64,000 nucleotides of DNA from Hadesarchaea archaeon (GTDB lineage Archaea; Hadarchaeota; Hadarchaeia; Hadarchaeales; Hadarchaeaceae). How positions within the stretch are numbered: the stretch's first letter is position 1; each line of letters begins with the position of its first letter. The DNA is taken from contig JAUWBN010000005.1 of assembly GCA_030601675.1 (NCBI GenBank), forward strand, positions 848 through 64,847, written 5' to 3'. The position numbers and the translations under genes are program-made. The notes under the pieces are model-generated. The model was not told the origin of the DNA. It did no database searches and saw only the letters and a program-made list of their open reading frames with translations. This document shows positions 44,759 to 54,693 of the stretch, one piece after another.

Positions 44759-45289
44759 CTAGCCCGCTCCGCCTTCACCATGTAACCGCCCGAAACTCGC
44801 TATTCGAAGCACCGGCCCGATCGCCTCGGAGCTCGGCTGGAGTTGGAACTGGAGTTGAAGCTCGTCGTCGGAGGTTATCAGGGCAACCGCTCCGGTATTT
44901 GGAAGCTCATCCAAGATGGGTAGGCCCAATAACTCACCGAGAAAATTTACAAAATCCCGCGCCCGCTCGCCCTCGGCGTAAAACCTCGTCCCTTCAAGCT
45001 TGGCCTTCCGCCCGAGCTCTCGCTGGAGCTTGACCTCGCCCAGCTCGACCCACGCGTCGAGCCATCGCCAGCCCTCGGTAGCGGCCAGAAACCGTAGCTC
45101 CCCAGGTCGCCCTGCGAGGCTGTTCACGATCATCACACGATCGTGGCCGAGCGAGCTGGCGAGGGAGGCTAATTTATTTATCATTTTCACCCCCCGCGGA
45201 ACGTAGGTCACATTCGGAAGGACCCGTGCGAGTTCCCTGCATAAAATTCTCGTGCGGTGTCCCGGGCGCCTCGAAGTTGAGATAAGCAT
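44759..45289 (-). CDS. Brix-domain ribosome biogenesis protein (Imp4-like)
   Basis: 'MLISTSRRPGHRTRILCRELARVLPN' and conserved neighbourhood. Confidence 0.85.
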   Translation of the reverse strand: MLISTSRRPGHRTRILCRELARVLPNVTYVPRGVKMINKLASLASSLGHDRVMIVNSLAGRPGELRFLAATEGWRWLDAWVELGEVKLQRELGRKAKLEGTRFYAEGERARDFVNFLGELLGLPILDELPNTGAVALITSDDELQLQFQLQPSSEAIGPVLRIASFGRLHGEGGAG

Positions 45290-45421
45290 TTACCTCGCCC
45301 TGACTTTACGGACGATCTCTTGACGAGGTTTGTATAGTATGCGGGACCCACAGTGAGGACATCGCACGCGCCCCTCGGGGAGCTTTTCAATTGTCCTTCC
45401 ACAGTGGCTGCACCTCAACAC
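45290..45421 (-). CDS. rpoP: DNA-directed RNA polymerase subunit P (Rpo12)
   Basis: 43-aa ORF, not in the track. Reads VLRCSHCGRTIEKLPEGRVRCPHCGSRILYKPRQEIVRKVRAR, with CxxC...CxxC. Lies between L37Ae and Brix as in other archaea. Confidence 0.8.
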   Translation of the reverse strand: MLRCSHCGRTIEKLPEGRVRCPHCGSRILYKPRQEIVRKVRAR

Positions 45422-45688
45422 CTAACCCTCCTCCGCCCCACCAAGAGCTTTCGACTCGGCAGAAGGCGCCAGAGCTGAGGGTGAGTATGCCGCGCCCGCA
45501 AATTTCGCTCCACAACGCCTACATTGCCAGATTGAAGTACTCACGCGCTTGACCTTTACCGCCCCGCAGCTCGGGCACCTGTAGCGCTGTCTGAGCTTGC
45601 GCTCCACCTCGAGCACGAGCTTTCGCACCTTCGTCCCATAGCGTGGACCAAACCTACCCGTGAGGCCTACCTTCTTCGTCCGAGGCAC
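45422..45688 (-). CDS. rpl37ae: 50S ribosomal protein L37Ae (eL43)
   Basis: 'TKKVGLTGRFGPRYG', 'YRCPSCG...WQCRRCGAKFAGAAY'. Confidence 0.92.
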   Translation of the reverse strand: MPRTKKVGLTGRFGPRYGTKVRKLVLEVERKLRQRYRCPSCGAVKVKRVSTSIWQCRRCGAKFAGAAYSPSALAPSAESKALGGAEEG

Positions 45689-45692
45689 ACCT

Positions 45693-46457
45693 TCACCCCA
45701 ATTTTGCTCGAAGCTCTGCTCCCTTCACCCGGGCCAGCTCGTGCGCTTGCTCCAGCTCCTCCCGCGAGAAGCACCCGATGCCGCCCTTTTGCATCGCACA
45801 TATACTGCCATCCTCAATCGTCGCTATGGTTATTCGCGCGTCCATCACACCTTCCTCATCCACACAGGGGTCGACCACAAGCCTGTCGTTGATTTTCACC
45901 ACGGTTACCGCCACGGGCTTTTTCTGGATCGGAAACTCAGGCAACGTCCACGCCTCGTCCTCAAGAGGCTTCGCGTTCAGGAGCGCTGCCATCGCCGCGA
46001 GCGCCGAGGCGTCGATCAAGTTTCCATCGTGGTCGAGCACATAGATGTCGATGAAAACCGCCCAGACGTCCTCGCCGGATTTTATCACCAGCTTTTCCAA
46101 GTCGATCGCGTCCGACTCGCGTATGCCTCGGTCGACCACGCGAGCCAGCTCGATTGCATTTTCACCGGGTCGCCCTGGCTCGAAAGTGGGCGATGCCAAT
46201 GGTAGGAGCTCGGCGTTGACGATCAGCATCCCGCTATCTGGCTTGTCGGCGAACGGCTCAGCACGCTCCACCTTAACGCCGGCCATTACCTGCGTCTTCC
46301 CAATCTTTACGAGAGCTGAGCCCTGGGCGCTCTTAACCGGACCGACCTCGATCGATATCTCCCGGAACTGGTCCAGCGTCCGGGTGTCGATTCGCTTGCC
46401 TTGGCGCGCGAGGTCGGCGATGTAATCGCGCTTGACGCTTGAAACTATCTCGTGCAC
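45693..46457 (-). CDS. rrp42: Exosome complex component Rrp42
   Basis: RNase PH-like, 254 aa. 'GKRIDTRTLDQFREISIE', 'AQGSALVKIGKTQV'. Operon order. Confidence 0.9.
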   Translation of the reverse strand: MHEIVSSVKRDYIADLARQGKRIDTRTLDQFREISIEVGPVKSAQGSALVKIGKTQVMAGVKVERAEPFADKPDSGMLIVNAELLPLASPTFEPGRPGENAIELARVVDRGIRESDAIDLEKLVIKSGEDVWAVFIDIYVLDHDGNLIDASALAAMAALLNAKPLEDEAWTLPEFPIQKKPVAVTVVKINDRLVVDPCVDEEGVMDARITIATIEDGSICAMQKGGIGCFSREELEQAHELARVKGAELRAKLG

Positions 46458-46460
46458 TTC

Positions 46461-47183
46461 TCACTCCCCCTTTTTAATCGCGTACTTCTCTCTTAGGGCT
46501 TGCCGCTGCGCCCCGTATATCTGCTCACACCCCTTAAATGCGAGGTCCAAGGCCTGCTCGAACTCCTCCTTGGTAAAGTGGCCATCCATCTGCAGCAGTG
46601 TAATCAGCTTCTTCCTTGGCATCATGGCTATCGGCATGTCGGTCGTTCCCCAGTTGTCCTCAGCCTTGGTTAGGTCGAGCACTATTGTATCGTCTATCTT
46701 CCCAACCGCGACCGATGAAATCATATCGCGCATCGGGACGCCCGCATCTGCTAGTGCCACGGTCGCAGCGGTTATGCCTGCGGTGCGTGTCCCCGCGTCC
46801 GCCTGAAGGACCTCGATGAAGACATCTATTGCCGAGCGGGGGTAGAGCTCAAGAAACAGCACGGGCTCGAGCGCCTCCCGCGTCACCTTCGATATCTCCA
46901 CCGAGCGCCTATCGGGCCCGGGGCGCTTCCGCTCATCCACCGAGAACGGAGCCATGTTGTAGCGGCATCGCAGCACCGCCGTATCGGGCTGTTGAAGGTG
47001 GCGTGGATGCATCTCCCGCGGCCCGTAGACAGCCGCGAGCACCTTGTTAGCCCCAAGCTCGACGGATGCCGACCCATCGGCCCGCTTCAAAATTCCCGCC
47101 TCTATTTTCAACGGCCTTAACTCATCCGGTGCGCGACCATCGAGCCGCTTGCCGTCCACGATGAGTTTTTCAGGTTTTTCCAT
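46461..47183 (-). CDS. rrp41: Exosome complex exonuclease Rrp41
   Basis: '[18 protein letters not shown]', '[14 protein letters not shown]', '[12 protein letters not shown]'. Confidence 0.92.
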   Translation of the reverse strand: MEKPEKLIVDGKRLDGRAPDELRPLKIEAGILKRADGSASVELGANKVLAAVYGPREMHPRHLQQPDTAVLRCRYNMAPFSVDERKRPGPDRRSVEISKVTREALEPVLFLELYPRSAIDVFIEVLQADAGTRTAGITAATVALADAGVPMRDMISSVAVGKIDDTIVLDLTKAEDNWGTTDMPIAMMPRKKLITLLQMDGHFTKEEFEQALDLAFKGCEQIYGAQRQALREKYAIKKGE

Positions 47184-47879
47184 TCATTCCCCTCCTTCTG
47201 ATTTCATCTTTTCAAGCATAAGGTGCACCCTATCGGTCAAACCGGAGGTATGCGCCTCGCGCTCGATCATGAGCAGGGCCTCGACGACGGCGTTGATCAT
47301 GCGGGGGTTCCTTCCCCAAATCATTATCTGCCCGTTCTGCCCGACCCTCAGCCTGCACTCGCCGACATCCTGAAGGGTGTTGAGCATCGAGCCCTTTCGT
47401 CCGATCACGCGGGGAACCTTTGTAGGTGAAATCTTGACTAGCTTGCCCCCCTCGACTCGGCCCATCCCTGGCTCGCCCGCCTCGAGCAGGACGCGCATCC
47501 GCTCATCGACATCTTTGACCTTTGCAACCACTACGTCCCCCATGCTGAGATATTGGTTGATGTCCTCGCGGACGAGGTCGACCTTTCGTTGCAGCAAATC
47601 CGAGACGAAGAGGTTACCCGTGTAGGGTGAGTTCATGTCGAGGATCCAGCCCGAGTAGTGGGAATCCACGACCACTCCTATTACAACATCACCCCGCTTC
47701 GGGATGTAGCGCCCCTGCAGGGGGATGATCCGGATATCTTGCCCGTGCAGGTCCGCAAGCCCCACGACCGATGCGTAGACTTGCTTGCCTTCCCGAAATG
47801 CTCCCTCGTACACCCGGTAGCCTCCCTCGGCGATTAGCTGCCCAGGTACGACCAGCTCGCGATTTTGGACGTGAAGCAC
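47184..47879 (-). CDS. rrp4: Exosome complex RNA-binding protein Rrp4 (S1 plus KH)
   Basis: 'YIPKRGDVVIGVV', 'VPRVIGRKGSML'. Operon order. Confidence 0.9.
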   Translation of the reverse strand: MLHVQNRELVVPGQLIAEGGYRVYEGAFREGKQVYASVVGLADLHGQDIRIIPLQGRYIPKRGDVVIGVVVDSHYSGWILDMNSPYTGNLFVSDLLQRKVDLVREDINQYLSMGDVVVAKVKDVDERMRVLLEAGEPGMGRVEGGKLVKISPTKVPRVIGRKGSMLNTLQDVGECRLRVGQNGQIMIWGRNPRMINAVVEALLMIEREAHTSGLTDRVHLMLEKMKSEGGE

Positions 47880-48572
47880 TCACAACACCTTTGTCTCTAC
47901 CTCTCCTCGAGTCAAGTTGTTAAGCCTGTCGAAGAACTCCCCTTGGATGCCAGCGGGGATTTCCACGACCGCCGCCCAAGAGCCATCGTTGAGCCACTGC
48001 TCCTGCTTGACGGTGGCGAAGTCCCTTATCACTTGGCGAGCCTTACCCGTGTAGCTCGCGGGAATCTTGATCGCGATTCTTCGCATCTCGAACTTTAGGG
48101 GGATGATCGGTAGCAGTACCTTCACGATGCCGGGGAGTTGCTCCTCGGCGCTCTTGAACTCGTTGACATGCACCTTGGCTTTTTCCAGCGCACCCTCGAT
48201 CCGCGCGGGTGGATGGGGCAGGCCCGTCTGAGGGTTTATCGCCCGCCTCGAGATGAGCGCCACCACCTGCCTCCAGCGCTGCTCACGCATCTTGCGGCGC
48301 TGCTCGGTGGTCACTTGGACCTCGCCCTTTCGGATCACCTGTTCGGCGATTTTGAACACGTCGAGCGTGCCGAAGACCTTCTGCATCATTTCCTCCGAGG
48401 CCGCCTCGCCCTTCTTGGAGTCCTTGAAAATTTTATCGATGGCGAGCACACTGCGCACGTCTATCTCTTCCCCCTTTCTTATGGCAAGGGCTAACTCAGG
48501 ATCAACGAGCACCTCAAAAACCGTGTCGCGACTAGACAGCCTTGCGATAACCGCGTCCTCAAGCCTTACCAT
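47880..48572 (-). CDS. SBDS-family ribosome maturation protein (Sdo1)
   Basis: 'DTVFEVLVDPELALAIRKGEEIDVRSVLAIDKIFKDSKKGE'. Confidence 0.9.
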   Translation of the reverse strand: MVRLEDAVIARLSSRDTVFEVLVDPELALAIRKGEEIDVRSVLAIDKIFKDSKKGEAASEEMMQKVFGTLDVFKIAEQVIRKGEVQVTTEQRRKMREQRWRQVVALISRRAINPQTGLPHPPARIEGALEKAKVHVNEFKSAEEQLPGIVKVLLPIIPLKFEMRRIAIKIPASYTGKARQVIRDFATVKQEQWLNDGSWAAVVEIPAGIQGEFFDRLNNLTRGEVETKVL

Positions 48573-48578
48573 AACCCG

Positions 48579-49331
48579 CTACTCCTTGGCGGGCTTGGCT
48601 GGCGGCTTGGGACCTATTCGCTTTAAGTATTTGGCCAAATCCTCGGAACCCAGCTTCTCAAAACGCTTAGTCTTGCTCGGGATGACTGCCATCTCCACCT
48701 TATCGGGGTCGAGCTCCCCCTCGATCACAGCGCTCAGGGCCTCTAGGGCGAGAACAATCACATCGTCGAGCGACATCTTCTCGTCGTAGCGACGCTCGAG
48801 GAACTCGGTGACTGTCGGGGCCCCACCCCCTATCGCTTGGGACTTGTACGCTGCAACAACACCGCTGGGGTCGGTTTCGAAGAGGTGAGCGCTCTCCGCG
48901 TCGACGCCGGCAATCAACAGCCTGGCCCCGAAGGGTCTGACACCCCCATGTTGGGTGTAGAGCTGCTTGATATCGCCGATGCGCTTTGCCAGCGTCTGCA
49001 CGCTGATCGGCTCATCGTAGCGCAAGCGGTTGATCTGCGCCTCCACGCGCGCGTGATCAATCAGCACTCGAGCGTCAGCAATCAGCCCAGAAGCTGCAGC
49101 TCCGATATGCTCGTCCACCTGAAATATCTTCTCGATCGACACTTCCTCCACTAGTTTGTTCCGAACTCTCTTTTCCGCAGCCAAAACCACGCCTTCGTTT
49201 ACCTTGATGCCCAGGGCTGTTAGACCCCGCTTCACAGCCTCCTGGGCGTACTGAACCTGGAAGAGCTTACCGTCAGGGCTGAAGACCGTGATTGCCCTAT
49301 CGTAGCCCGCTCCAGGCGGCATAAAAGCCAT
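48579..49331 (-). CDS. psmA: Proteasome alpha subunit
   Basis: 'YDRAITVFSPDGKLFQVQYAQEAVKRG'. Confidence 0.93.
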   Translation of the reverse strand: MAFMPPGAGYDRAITVFSPDGKLFQVQYAQEAVKRGLTALGIKVNEGVVLAAEKRVRNKLVEEVSIEKIFQVDEHIGAAASGLIADARVLIDHARVEAQINRLRYDEPISVQTLAKRIGDIKQLYTQHGGVRPFGARLLIAGVDAESAHLFETDPSGVVAAYKSQAIGGGAPTVTEFLERRYDEKMSLDDVIVLALEALSAVIEGELDPDKVEMAVIPSKTKRFEKLGSEDLAKYLKRIGPKPPAKPAKE

Positions 49332-49400
49332 GCATTTCCACCTTGTTAAATGATGATTGTGACTATTGCTTCTAAAGCGTGAACATTTATAATACTTTGG

Positions 49401-49712
49401 TTAAGCGGGCACCAAGAACTTCCTCTTCGCCGCCCTGATTGTGCCTGAAACCCCTAAAACCACGAACGACGCTTCTCCCCCACCAATTTTTGTGATGCTC
49501 GCCATCGCCGCTTTGAGCTCGTCAACCTGTCTATGCCCACACCGCAGCAAACCCCGTCGCGAACTGACATCGTGAAAAACCAGCTTGAGCATCCTCCGGT
49601 CGAATGCTGGGTTATGGGTGTGAAGGGAGAGACTAATCGCCCGCATGATATCACCTTCACTAGCTCCCTTGCCCACGAGCTCAAACGCGATGTACCTGCG
49701 CCTCTGCCTCAT
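49401..49712 (-). CDS. rnp2: RNase P protein component 2 (Pop5 homologue)
   Basis: 'RRRYIAFEL...GLLRCGHRQVDELKAAM...VLGVSGTIRAAKRKF'. Conserved position. Confidence 0.85.
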   Translation of the reverse strand: MRQRRRYIAFELVGKGASEGDIMRAISLSLHTHNPAFDRRMLKLVFHDVSSRRGLLRCGHRQVDELKAAMASITKIGGGEASFVVLGVSGTIRAAKRKFLVPA

Positions 49713-50155
49713 CCGGATTCGACCCCTATGAACTTCTCAAGCAGTTTGACCGCAACCTCACGCTTGGCCGGGTAGGCCGTGACTTTCAACCTGAGGTGAA
49801 TGGCATCGCCGCTGTCCGTGAGCGCCAGTTCACCGGCATGCGCTAGCTGTTTGTTGAACCTTAGATAAAAAAAGCAATTCTCATCGACCCTCTCGGGTAT
49901 AATTTTGCCGAGCTTTTCCAGCTCGCCCGCATGCAGCTCCGTCGAGACGTGCTGCCAGAGCTCGCGCAAAAGCTTCCTCTGCCCGACCTTTGCCTCCAAG
50001 TTTAGAATCGGGTTACCGTGGTGGCCCTTGAGCTTCGATTGATGGACTTCGACCTCTTCAGGTAGTAGAGTTCTCAAAGCGCTGAGCACGCGCTGCTCGT
50101 CCTCGGTCGCATGCACAAACGCGTTCACGACTGCATTCCTGAAGGGGAATTCCAT
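49709..50155 (-). CDS. DUF54 / COG1325-type predicted RNA-binding (exosome-superoperon) protein
   Basis: 'VVNAFVHATEDEQRVLSALRTLLPEE' and conserved position between L15e and Pop5. Confidence 0.7.
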   Translation of the reverse strand: MEFPFRNAVVNAFVHATEDEQRVLSALRTLLPEEVEVHQSKLKGHHGNPILNLEAKVGQRKLLRELWQHVSTELHAGELEKLGKIIPERVDENCFFYLRFNKQLAHAGELALTDSGDAIHLRLKVTAYPAKREVAVKLLEKFIGVESG

Positions 50156-50166
50156 CGACTATCACT

Positions 50167-50730
50167 TCAGTCGCGTCGGTGAGATCTAATGCTTGGCTTG
50201 GTCTTCTTGGCGCCCTTGCCCCTGTGGAGTAGCCCCCGCGCCTTCCTCCCGGCCCGCGTTAACCCGCGATGAACCCGCCCACGGTGCGCTTCACCGGCCA
50301 CCCACCCGAGCTGCGGGTCGCTCAGGATCGCAGGGTGGTTCGGGTCAAGCATGATCACCTCGAAATACTCGTGGGTGCCGTCGGAACCGAGCGGATAGGA
50401 GTTCAACACCTCCAAGTTCGGGTATTTTCGGGCTGCCCGCTCCTCCGCAATCAGCTGGATGCTCTTCTTGGGCACGAACTTGCGAACTCCCATGCGCTTC
50501 GGCCTTCGCCCCCGTCGAGGACGCACCTTCCGCCGCCCGCCCTTCCGCACCCGCGCTCGAACGACGACCACACCCTGCTTCGCCTTGTAGCCAAGTGCCC
50601 GAGCGCGGTCCAGCCTAGTTGGGCTCTCAACCCGCACTATTGCTGGAGCCCGCCGCCAACCCCTCATTCGCCTTCGCATGAGCTCGCGCAACTCGGCTGA
50701 TCCTTGCCCTTCTCTCAAGTACTTGTACAT
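50167..50730 (-). CDS. rpl15e: 50S ribosomal protein L15e (eL15)
   Basis: 'MYKYLRE', '[30 protein letters not shown]'. Confidence 0.93.
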   Translation of the reverse strand: MYKYLREGQGSAELRELMRRRMRGWRRAPAIVRVESPTRLDRARALGYKAKQGVVVVRARVRKGGRRKVRPRRGRRPKRMGVRKFVPKKSIQLIAEERAARKYPNLEVLNSYPLGSDGTHEYFEVIMLDPNHPAILSDPQLGWVAGEAHRGRVHRGLTRAGRKARGLLHRGKGAKKTKPSIRSHRRD

Positions 50731-50739
50731 CCGAACACC

Positions 50740-51651
50740 TCACGTGACGAGTGCCTCTTTTATTTTCTGGGCTATGATTATCGCCGCGTCTCGCTGCGCC
50801 TCGCGCGTCGAAGCCCCGAGGTGCGGCGTGAGCACGACGTTCGGAAGCTTGAGCAGCGGGCTGTCGCGGGGCGGCTCCCGCTCGTAAACGTCCAAGCAGG
50901 CCCCAGCGATTTTTCTAGCCCGCAGTGCTTCGACGAGCGCCTCTTCGTCGACGACCCCGCCACGCGAAGTGTTGATCAACACCGCCGTCGGTTTCATCAG
51001 CTCAAGCTCTCGCTTACCTATCATGTGTTTGGTCCCGGGCACAAGGGGTACGTGCAGCGTCACGAAATCGGACTCTCGAAGCAGCGTGTCTAGCTCGACG
51101 TACTTTGCGCCGGTTTGCTCGGCAAATTCAGGGCTCTGCCCGGTGTCATAAGCAAGCAAGTTCATCGAGAATGCCTTCGCCCTATAACCGATCGCTCGGC
51201 CTATACGCCCGGTGCCAACGATGCCGAGGGTCTTTCCCCGGAGCTCGCTGCCCATGAGCTGCGACTTCTCCCACCTCCCCGCCTTCATGCCCGAATCCGC
51301 GGGGGGTAAATGCCTAGCCCAAGCGAGCATGTGCGCTAGCACGAGTTCCGCCACCGCGACGGTCGGTGCCCCGGGGGTGTTGAGCACTTTGATCCCCCGC
51401 GCTTCGGCTGCTTTGACATCTATGTTGTCAAGCCCGGCCCCCGCTCGAGCGATTACCTTGAGTTGCTTGCCAGCGTCGATTACCTCATTTGTAACTCTCG
51501 TCGCGCTCCGCACCGCCAATATCTCGCACCCGCTGAGCCTCTCGAGCAGCTCAGCTGGCGTTAGGCCCGTGGCCACCTCGACCTCCGCGAACTCTCGCAA
51601 CGCCTTGACGCCGTCCTCGTGGATGGGGTCCGCGACCAAAATTTTTACCAA
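50740..51651 (-). CDS. D-isomer-specific 2-hydroxyacid dehydrogenase (short SerA / glyoxylate reductase-like, no ACT domain)
   Basis: 'GKTLGIVGTGRIGRAIG', 'NTSRGGVVDE', 'DVYEREP', 'TPHLGAST'. Confidence 0.85.
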   Translation of the reverse strand: MVKILVADPIHEDGVKALREFAEVEVATGLTPAELLERLSGCEILAVRSATRVTNEVIDAGKQLKVIARAGAGLDNIDVKAAEARGIKVLNTPGAPTVAVAELVLAHMLAWARHLPPADSGMKAGRWEKSQLMGSELRGKTLGIVGTGRIGRAIGYRAKAFSMNLLAYDTGQSPEFAEQTGAKYVELDTLLRESDFVTLHVPLVPGTKHMIGKRELELMKPTAVLINTSRGGVVDEEALVEALRARKIAGACLDVYEREPPRDSPLLKLPNVVLTPHLGASTREAQRDAAIIIAQKIKEALVT

Positions 51652-51713
51652 ATTAATTCCTCCACACGTTTGAAGAAACTAGGCGAAACTATCTTATATC
51701 TGCACGGGTTGCT

Positions 51714-53141
51714 TCATCCACCCGTGAGTTGTCGAAAGGTCGCCCTAAAGCTCGTCCTAGCCCTGAGGTTCGCCATGATAATCTTCAATCGGTACTTGCT
51801 GCGCATCGTCTTTAGCAGCTGCAGGGTCAAGAACGTCGGGCGCTTGATGAACTCCGCGTAAAAGCTGTCGATCATCCTGCAGAGCTCTTCCTCATTTAGA
51901 TGGGATGGATAAACGCTGACTGCCGCGAACGCCTCCTCCCAACATTTTTCTTCGTCGAGATGGCCCTCGCGCACCGCCGTGTCCCATAGGTCCATTCCAG
52001 GCGAGAGCATGAGGACGTTCATCTGTGGGAAGTCCATACCCTTCAGGTTTAGGGCGAAATCGAAGGTCCGCCTGATGTCCTCCCTGATTTCGATGGGCGC
52101 GCCAACGATGAAGGAGCCTATGACGTTCTCGATGCCCGCCTCCTTGGAGTTGAGCATGGCCTTTCGGCTGAGTTCGGGTGAAATATTTTTTCCGTAGTAA
52201 TCTAGGACCTTCTGGCTGCTGCTCTCCACCCCGAAATAAATCGTCTTGCAACCAACGCGTGCGAACTTGCGCAATACCTCGCGCGATGCCTGATCGACCC
52301 GCCCCTCCGCCCAGAGATTGAGTTTAATTCCCTTCTCCCTCAGCAGGTCACAAATTTTTTCCATCCTATGCCTGTCCAAGAGCAGATTATCGTCGACGAA
52401 TCCAACTTCCTCGTAGCCCTCCCCCTGCAGCTGTTTCATCTCAGCGACAACAGCCTCCGGGGACCTGAACCTGACCTTTCGCTGCGAGAAGGCCGAGCAA
52501 GCGCAGTACTTGCAGTTGTAGGGGCAGCCCCGTGAGGTCAGCACGGTGGTGAACTTCCCGCTGCTCCCGAGCATCCCCACCAGCTCGGAATGATACTCCT
52601 GCTCCAACAGCTTTCGATTGGGAATGGGGAGCTCGTCGAGGTTTTGAATGAACGGCCTCGGCGGCGTTTTGACGACCCTACCATCGTGCCTGAAAGCTAT
52701 CCCCTTCACCCTTTTTGCCTCCCCGTTCTTTCCCAGCACGTCGACGAGTTCTAGGAAGGCGTGCTCACCCTCACCCAGCACGACGTAATCGACGACGGGG
52801 TACTCCGCCAGCAGCCTTTCGTAGGTGAACGTGGCGTGATAATTTCCGAAAATAATTTTCATATCGGGAATCTCTGTCTTGATGGCGCTCGCGATTTTTG
52901 CACCCTGCTTGAAAGTTGGAGTGAGAGCGCTCACCCCCACCACCCCAGGGTCCTCTCGCTTCACCCGCTCGACGACTTTCTCGACCGGTAGCTGAACCCT
53001 CGCGTTATCGATAACTTTGACCTCGTGCCCCGCATTTTGCAACACGGTCCCAATGTACAGCAAGCCAAGAGGGGGCCACGCCGCCTCGTTCTCTATCCGC
53101 TCCGCCCGCCCGGTGTTCGAATTTATGAGGACAATTTTCAA
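51714..53141 (-). CDS. B12-binding-domain radical SAM protein (class B), substrate unknown
   Basis: N-terminal 'PPLGLLYIGTVLQNAGHEVKVID' and 'SRGCPYNCKYCA' CxxxCxxC cluster, 475 aa. Confidence 0.8.
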   Translation of the reverse strand: MKIVLINSNTGRAERIENEAAWPPLGLLYIGTVLQNAGHEVKVIDNARVQLPVEKVVERVKREDPGVVGVSALTPTFKQGAKIASAIKTEIPDMKIIFGNYHATFTYERLLAEYPVVDYVVLGEGEHAFLELVDVLGKNGEAKRVKGIAFRHDGRVVKTPPRPFIQNLDELPIPNRKLLEQEYHSELVGMLGSSGKFTTVLTSRGCPYNCKYCACSAFSQRKVRFRSPEAVVAEMKQLQGEGYEEVGFVDDNLLLDRHRMEKICDLLREKGIKLNLWAEGRVDQASREVLRKFARVGCKTIYFGVESSSQKVLDYYGKNISPELSRKAMLNSKEAGIENVIGSFIVGAPIEIREDIRRTFDFALNLKGMDFPQMNVLMLSPGMDLWDTAVREGHLDEEKCWEEAFAAVSVYPSHLNEEELCRMIDSFYAEFIKRPTFLTLQLLKTMRSKYRLKIIMANLRARTSFRATFRQLTGG

Positions 53142-53145
53142 CCGT

Positions 53146-54348
53146 TCACCTGCCTTTCGCCGCGACTATCCGGATCACATCTCCTCCCTTGAGCGCGTAA
53201 TCCTCCCCAAGCCTTCGCTTCGTCCGCGCATCGATGGCGTGGATGAAGGTTTCCCCTAGATCTGTATGGATGATGTACGCGAACTCGCGGGCGGTCGTGC
53301 CTTTAGGGACGAGGTAGGCGTCGGGAAGCACGTTGCCCTTCTTGTCCGTAAGTTTGTGTTCATCATCGACGGGGTAAACCACAATCAAATTCAGCAGCTC
53401 ATAAATCACCTTATCCACCACCTGTTGGACGCCCGTCGAGCCCCACTTCTTCAACAATGTTTGGATCATCCCGAGCGCCTTGCGCTGTTGCTCGTTTAGC
53501 GGTTCCGGCTTGAGGATCTCAAAAGTACCACTGCCCAGCTCGTAACGCACGAGTCCCTTTTCGCCCGCGCGCCTCAGGATGAGCTCGGCCTCGGAACAGG
53601 TCGGGATCACCAGGTACCCCCGCTGGCGCAAACGCTCGAGGTTCGGCTCGGCCGCCGGCACGTCGGCTTTGTTCGCGGCGATCATGATGGGCTTGCTCGC
53701 CTTTCGAAGCTCCGCCACGAAGCGAAGCAAATCGTCATCGGACCATTTTTCTGGGTTGGACCAATCGACCTCAGCCTCCCGAAATGCCTGGACAACGTGG
53801 CTCTCCTTTATGCCCAGCCCGCTCAAGCGCCCGGCTATCTCCTTGACCAAGTCGAGCTCCTCGTACTTCGCCCTGCGCGCGAACTTCGGCCAGTCCTTCA
53901 CGAGCAGGCCCCGCAACCACGCCGCGATCTCGACCTCGAGAAAATCTATGTCCTGAACTGGGTCATGGGTGCCGGGCGGACAGGGCTTGCCCTCCGCATC
54001 GGTTGACCCAGCTGCGTCGATGATGTGGACGAGCGCGGCCGCCATCCGGAGGTTGTCTAGGAAGCGATTGCCCAGGCCCCGCCCCATGTGGGCTCCCTCG
54101 ACCAAACCCGCGACATCTATCATACGGACGGGTACATATCGGACCCCATCGACGCACTTCGAATTCTGGGGGTTGCAGGTCACCTTGAGCTCGCGACAGG
54201 GGCACGGGCTGCGCACGTAGGTGACGCCGACATTAGCATCGATTGTCGTGAATGGATAACCTGCCACCGGGGCATTCGCGAGCGTAGCCGCGTTGAAAAA
54301 GGTGGTCTTGCCGGTATTTGGTTTGCCTACGAGCCCCAACTCGAGCAT
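53146..54348 (-). CDS. Obg-like GTPase/ATPase of the YchF/Ygr210 group with C-terminal TGS-like domain
   Basis: G1 'GKPNTGKTT', G2 'YPFTT', G3 'DVAGLVEGA', 'ANKAD'. C-terminal 'GDVIRIV'. Confidence 0.8.
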   Translation of the reverse strand: MLELGLVGKPNTGKTTFFNAATLANAPVAGYPFTTIDANVGVTYVRSPCPCRELKVTCNPQNSKCVDGVRYVPVRMIDVAGLVEGAHMGRGLGNRFLDNLRMAAALVHIIDAAGSTDAEGKPCPPGTHDPVQDIDFLEVEIAAWLRGLLVKDWPKFARRAKYEELDLVKEIAGRLSGLGIKESHVVQAFREAEVDWSNPEKWSDDDLLRFVAELRKASKPIMIAANKADVPAAEPNLERLRQRGYLVIPTCSEAELILRRAGEKGLVRYELGSGTFEILKPEPLNEQQRKALGMIQTLLKKWGSTGVQQVVDKVIYELLNLIVVYPVDDEHKLTDKKGNVLPDAYLVPKGTTAREFAYIIHTDLGETFIHAIDARTKRRLGEDYALKGGDVIRIVAAKGR

Positions 54349-54356
54349 GTTTAACC

Positions 54357-54692
54357 CTACTCGCCACGCTCGTAGTAGCCGGACTTCCTTCGCTTGCCGA
54401 AGCTCCTGAGCCCCCGCTCAACCAGCTGGACGCGCAACCGCTGGGCATAGCTCGACCCAATCTCGCTCCGCTCCTCTAGAAAGTTGATTATTTCGAGCGC
54501 TTGATCGCCGTTCTCACAGCGTCGAATGAAGTCGATAGTGGTGGGCCCGTAATCCTGCACGCTGTGCGCTACCTTCTCCGCTTCCCTGGGGCTCGTCCGC
54601 ACGGCATCTACCCTGACGGTTCCTATCCCGCCCAACCCTTCAGCTAGGTTCGGGTAATTCCTCCGAAGTTCTTTGCGGGCGCGTTCGCTCAT
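54357..54692 (-). CDS. Conserved-looking hypothetical protein (possibly DUF2095-like)
   Basis: 111-aa ORF, tightly packed between neighbouring genes. Family call from memory only. Confidence 0.5.
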   Translation of the reverse strand: MSERARKELRRNYPNLAEGLGGIGTVRVDAVRTSPREAEKVAHSVQDYGPTTIDFIRRCENGDQALEIINFLEERSEIGSSYAQRLRVQLVERGLRSFGKRRKSGYYERGE

Positions 54693-54693
54693 G

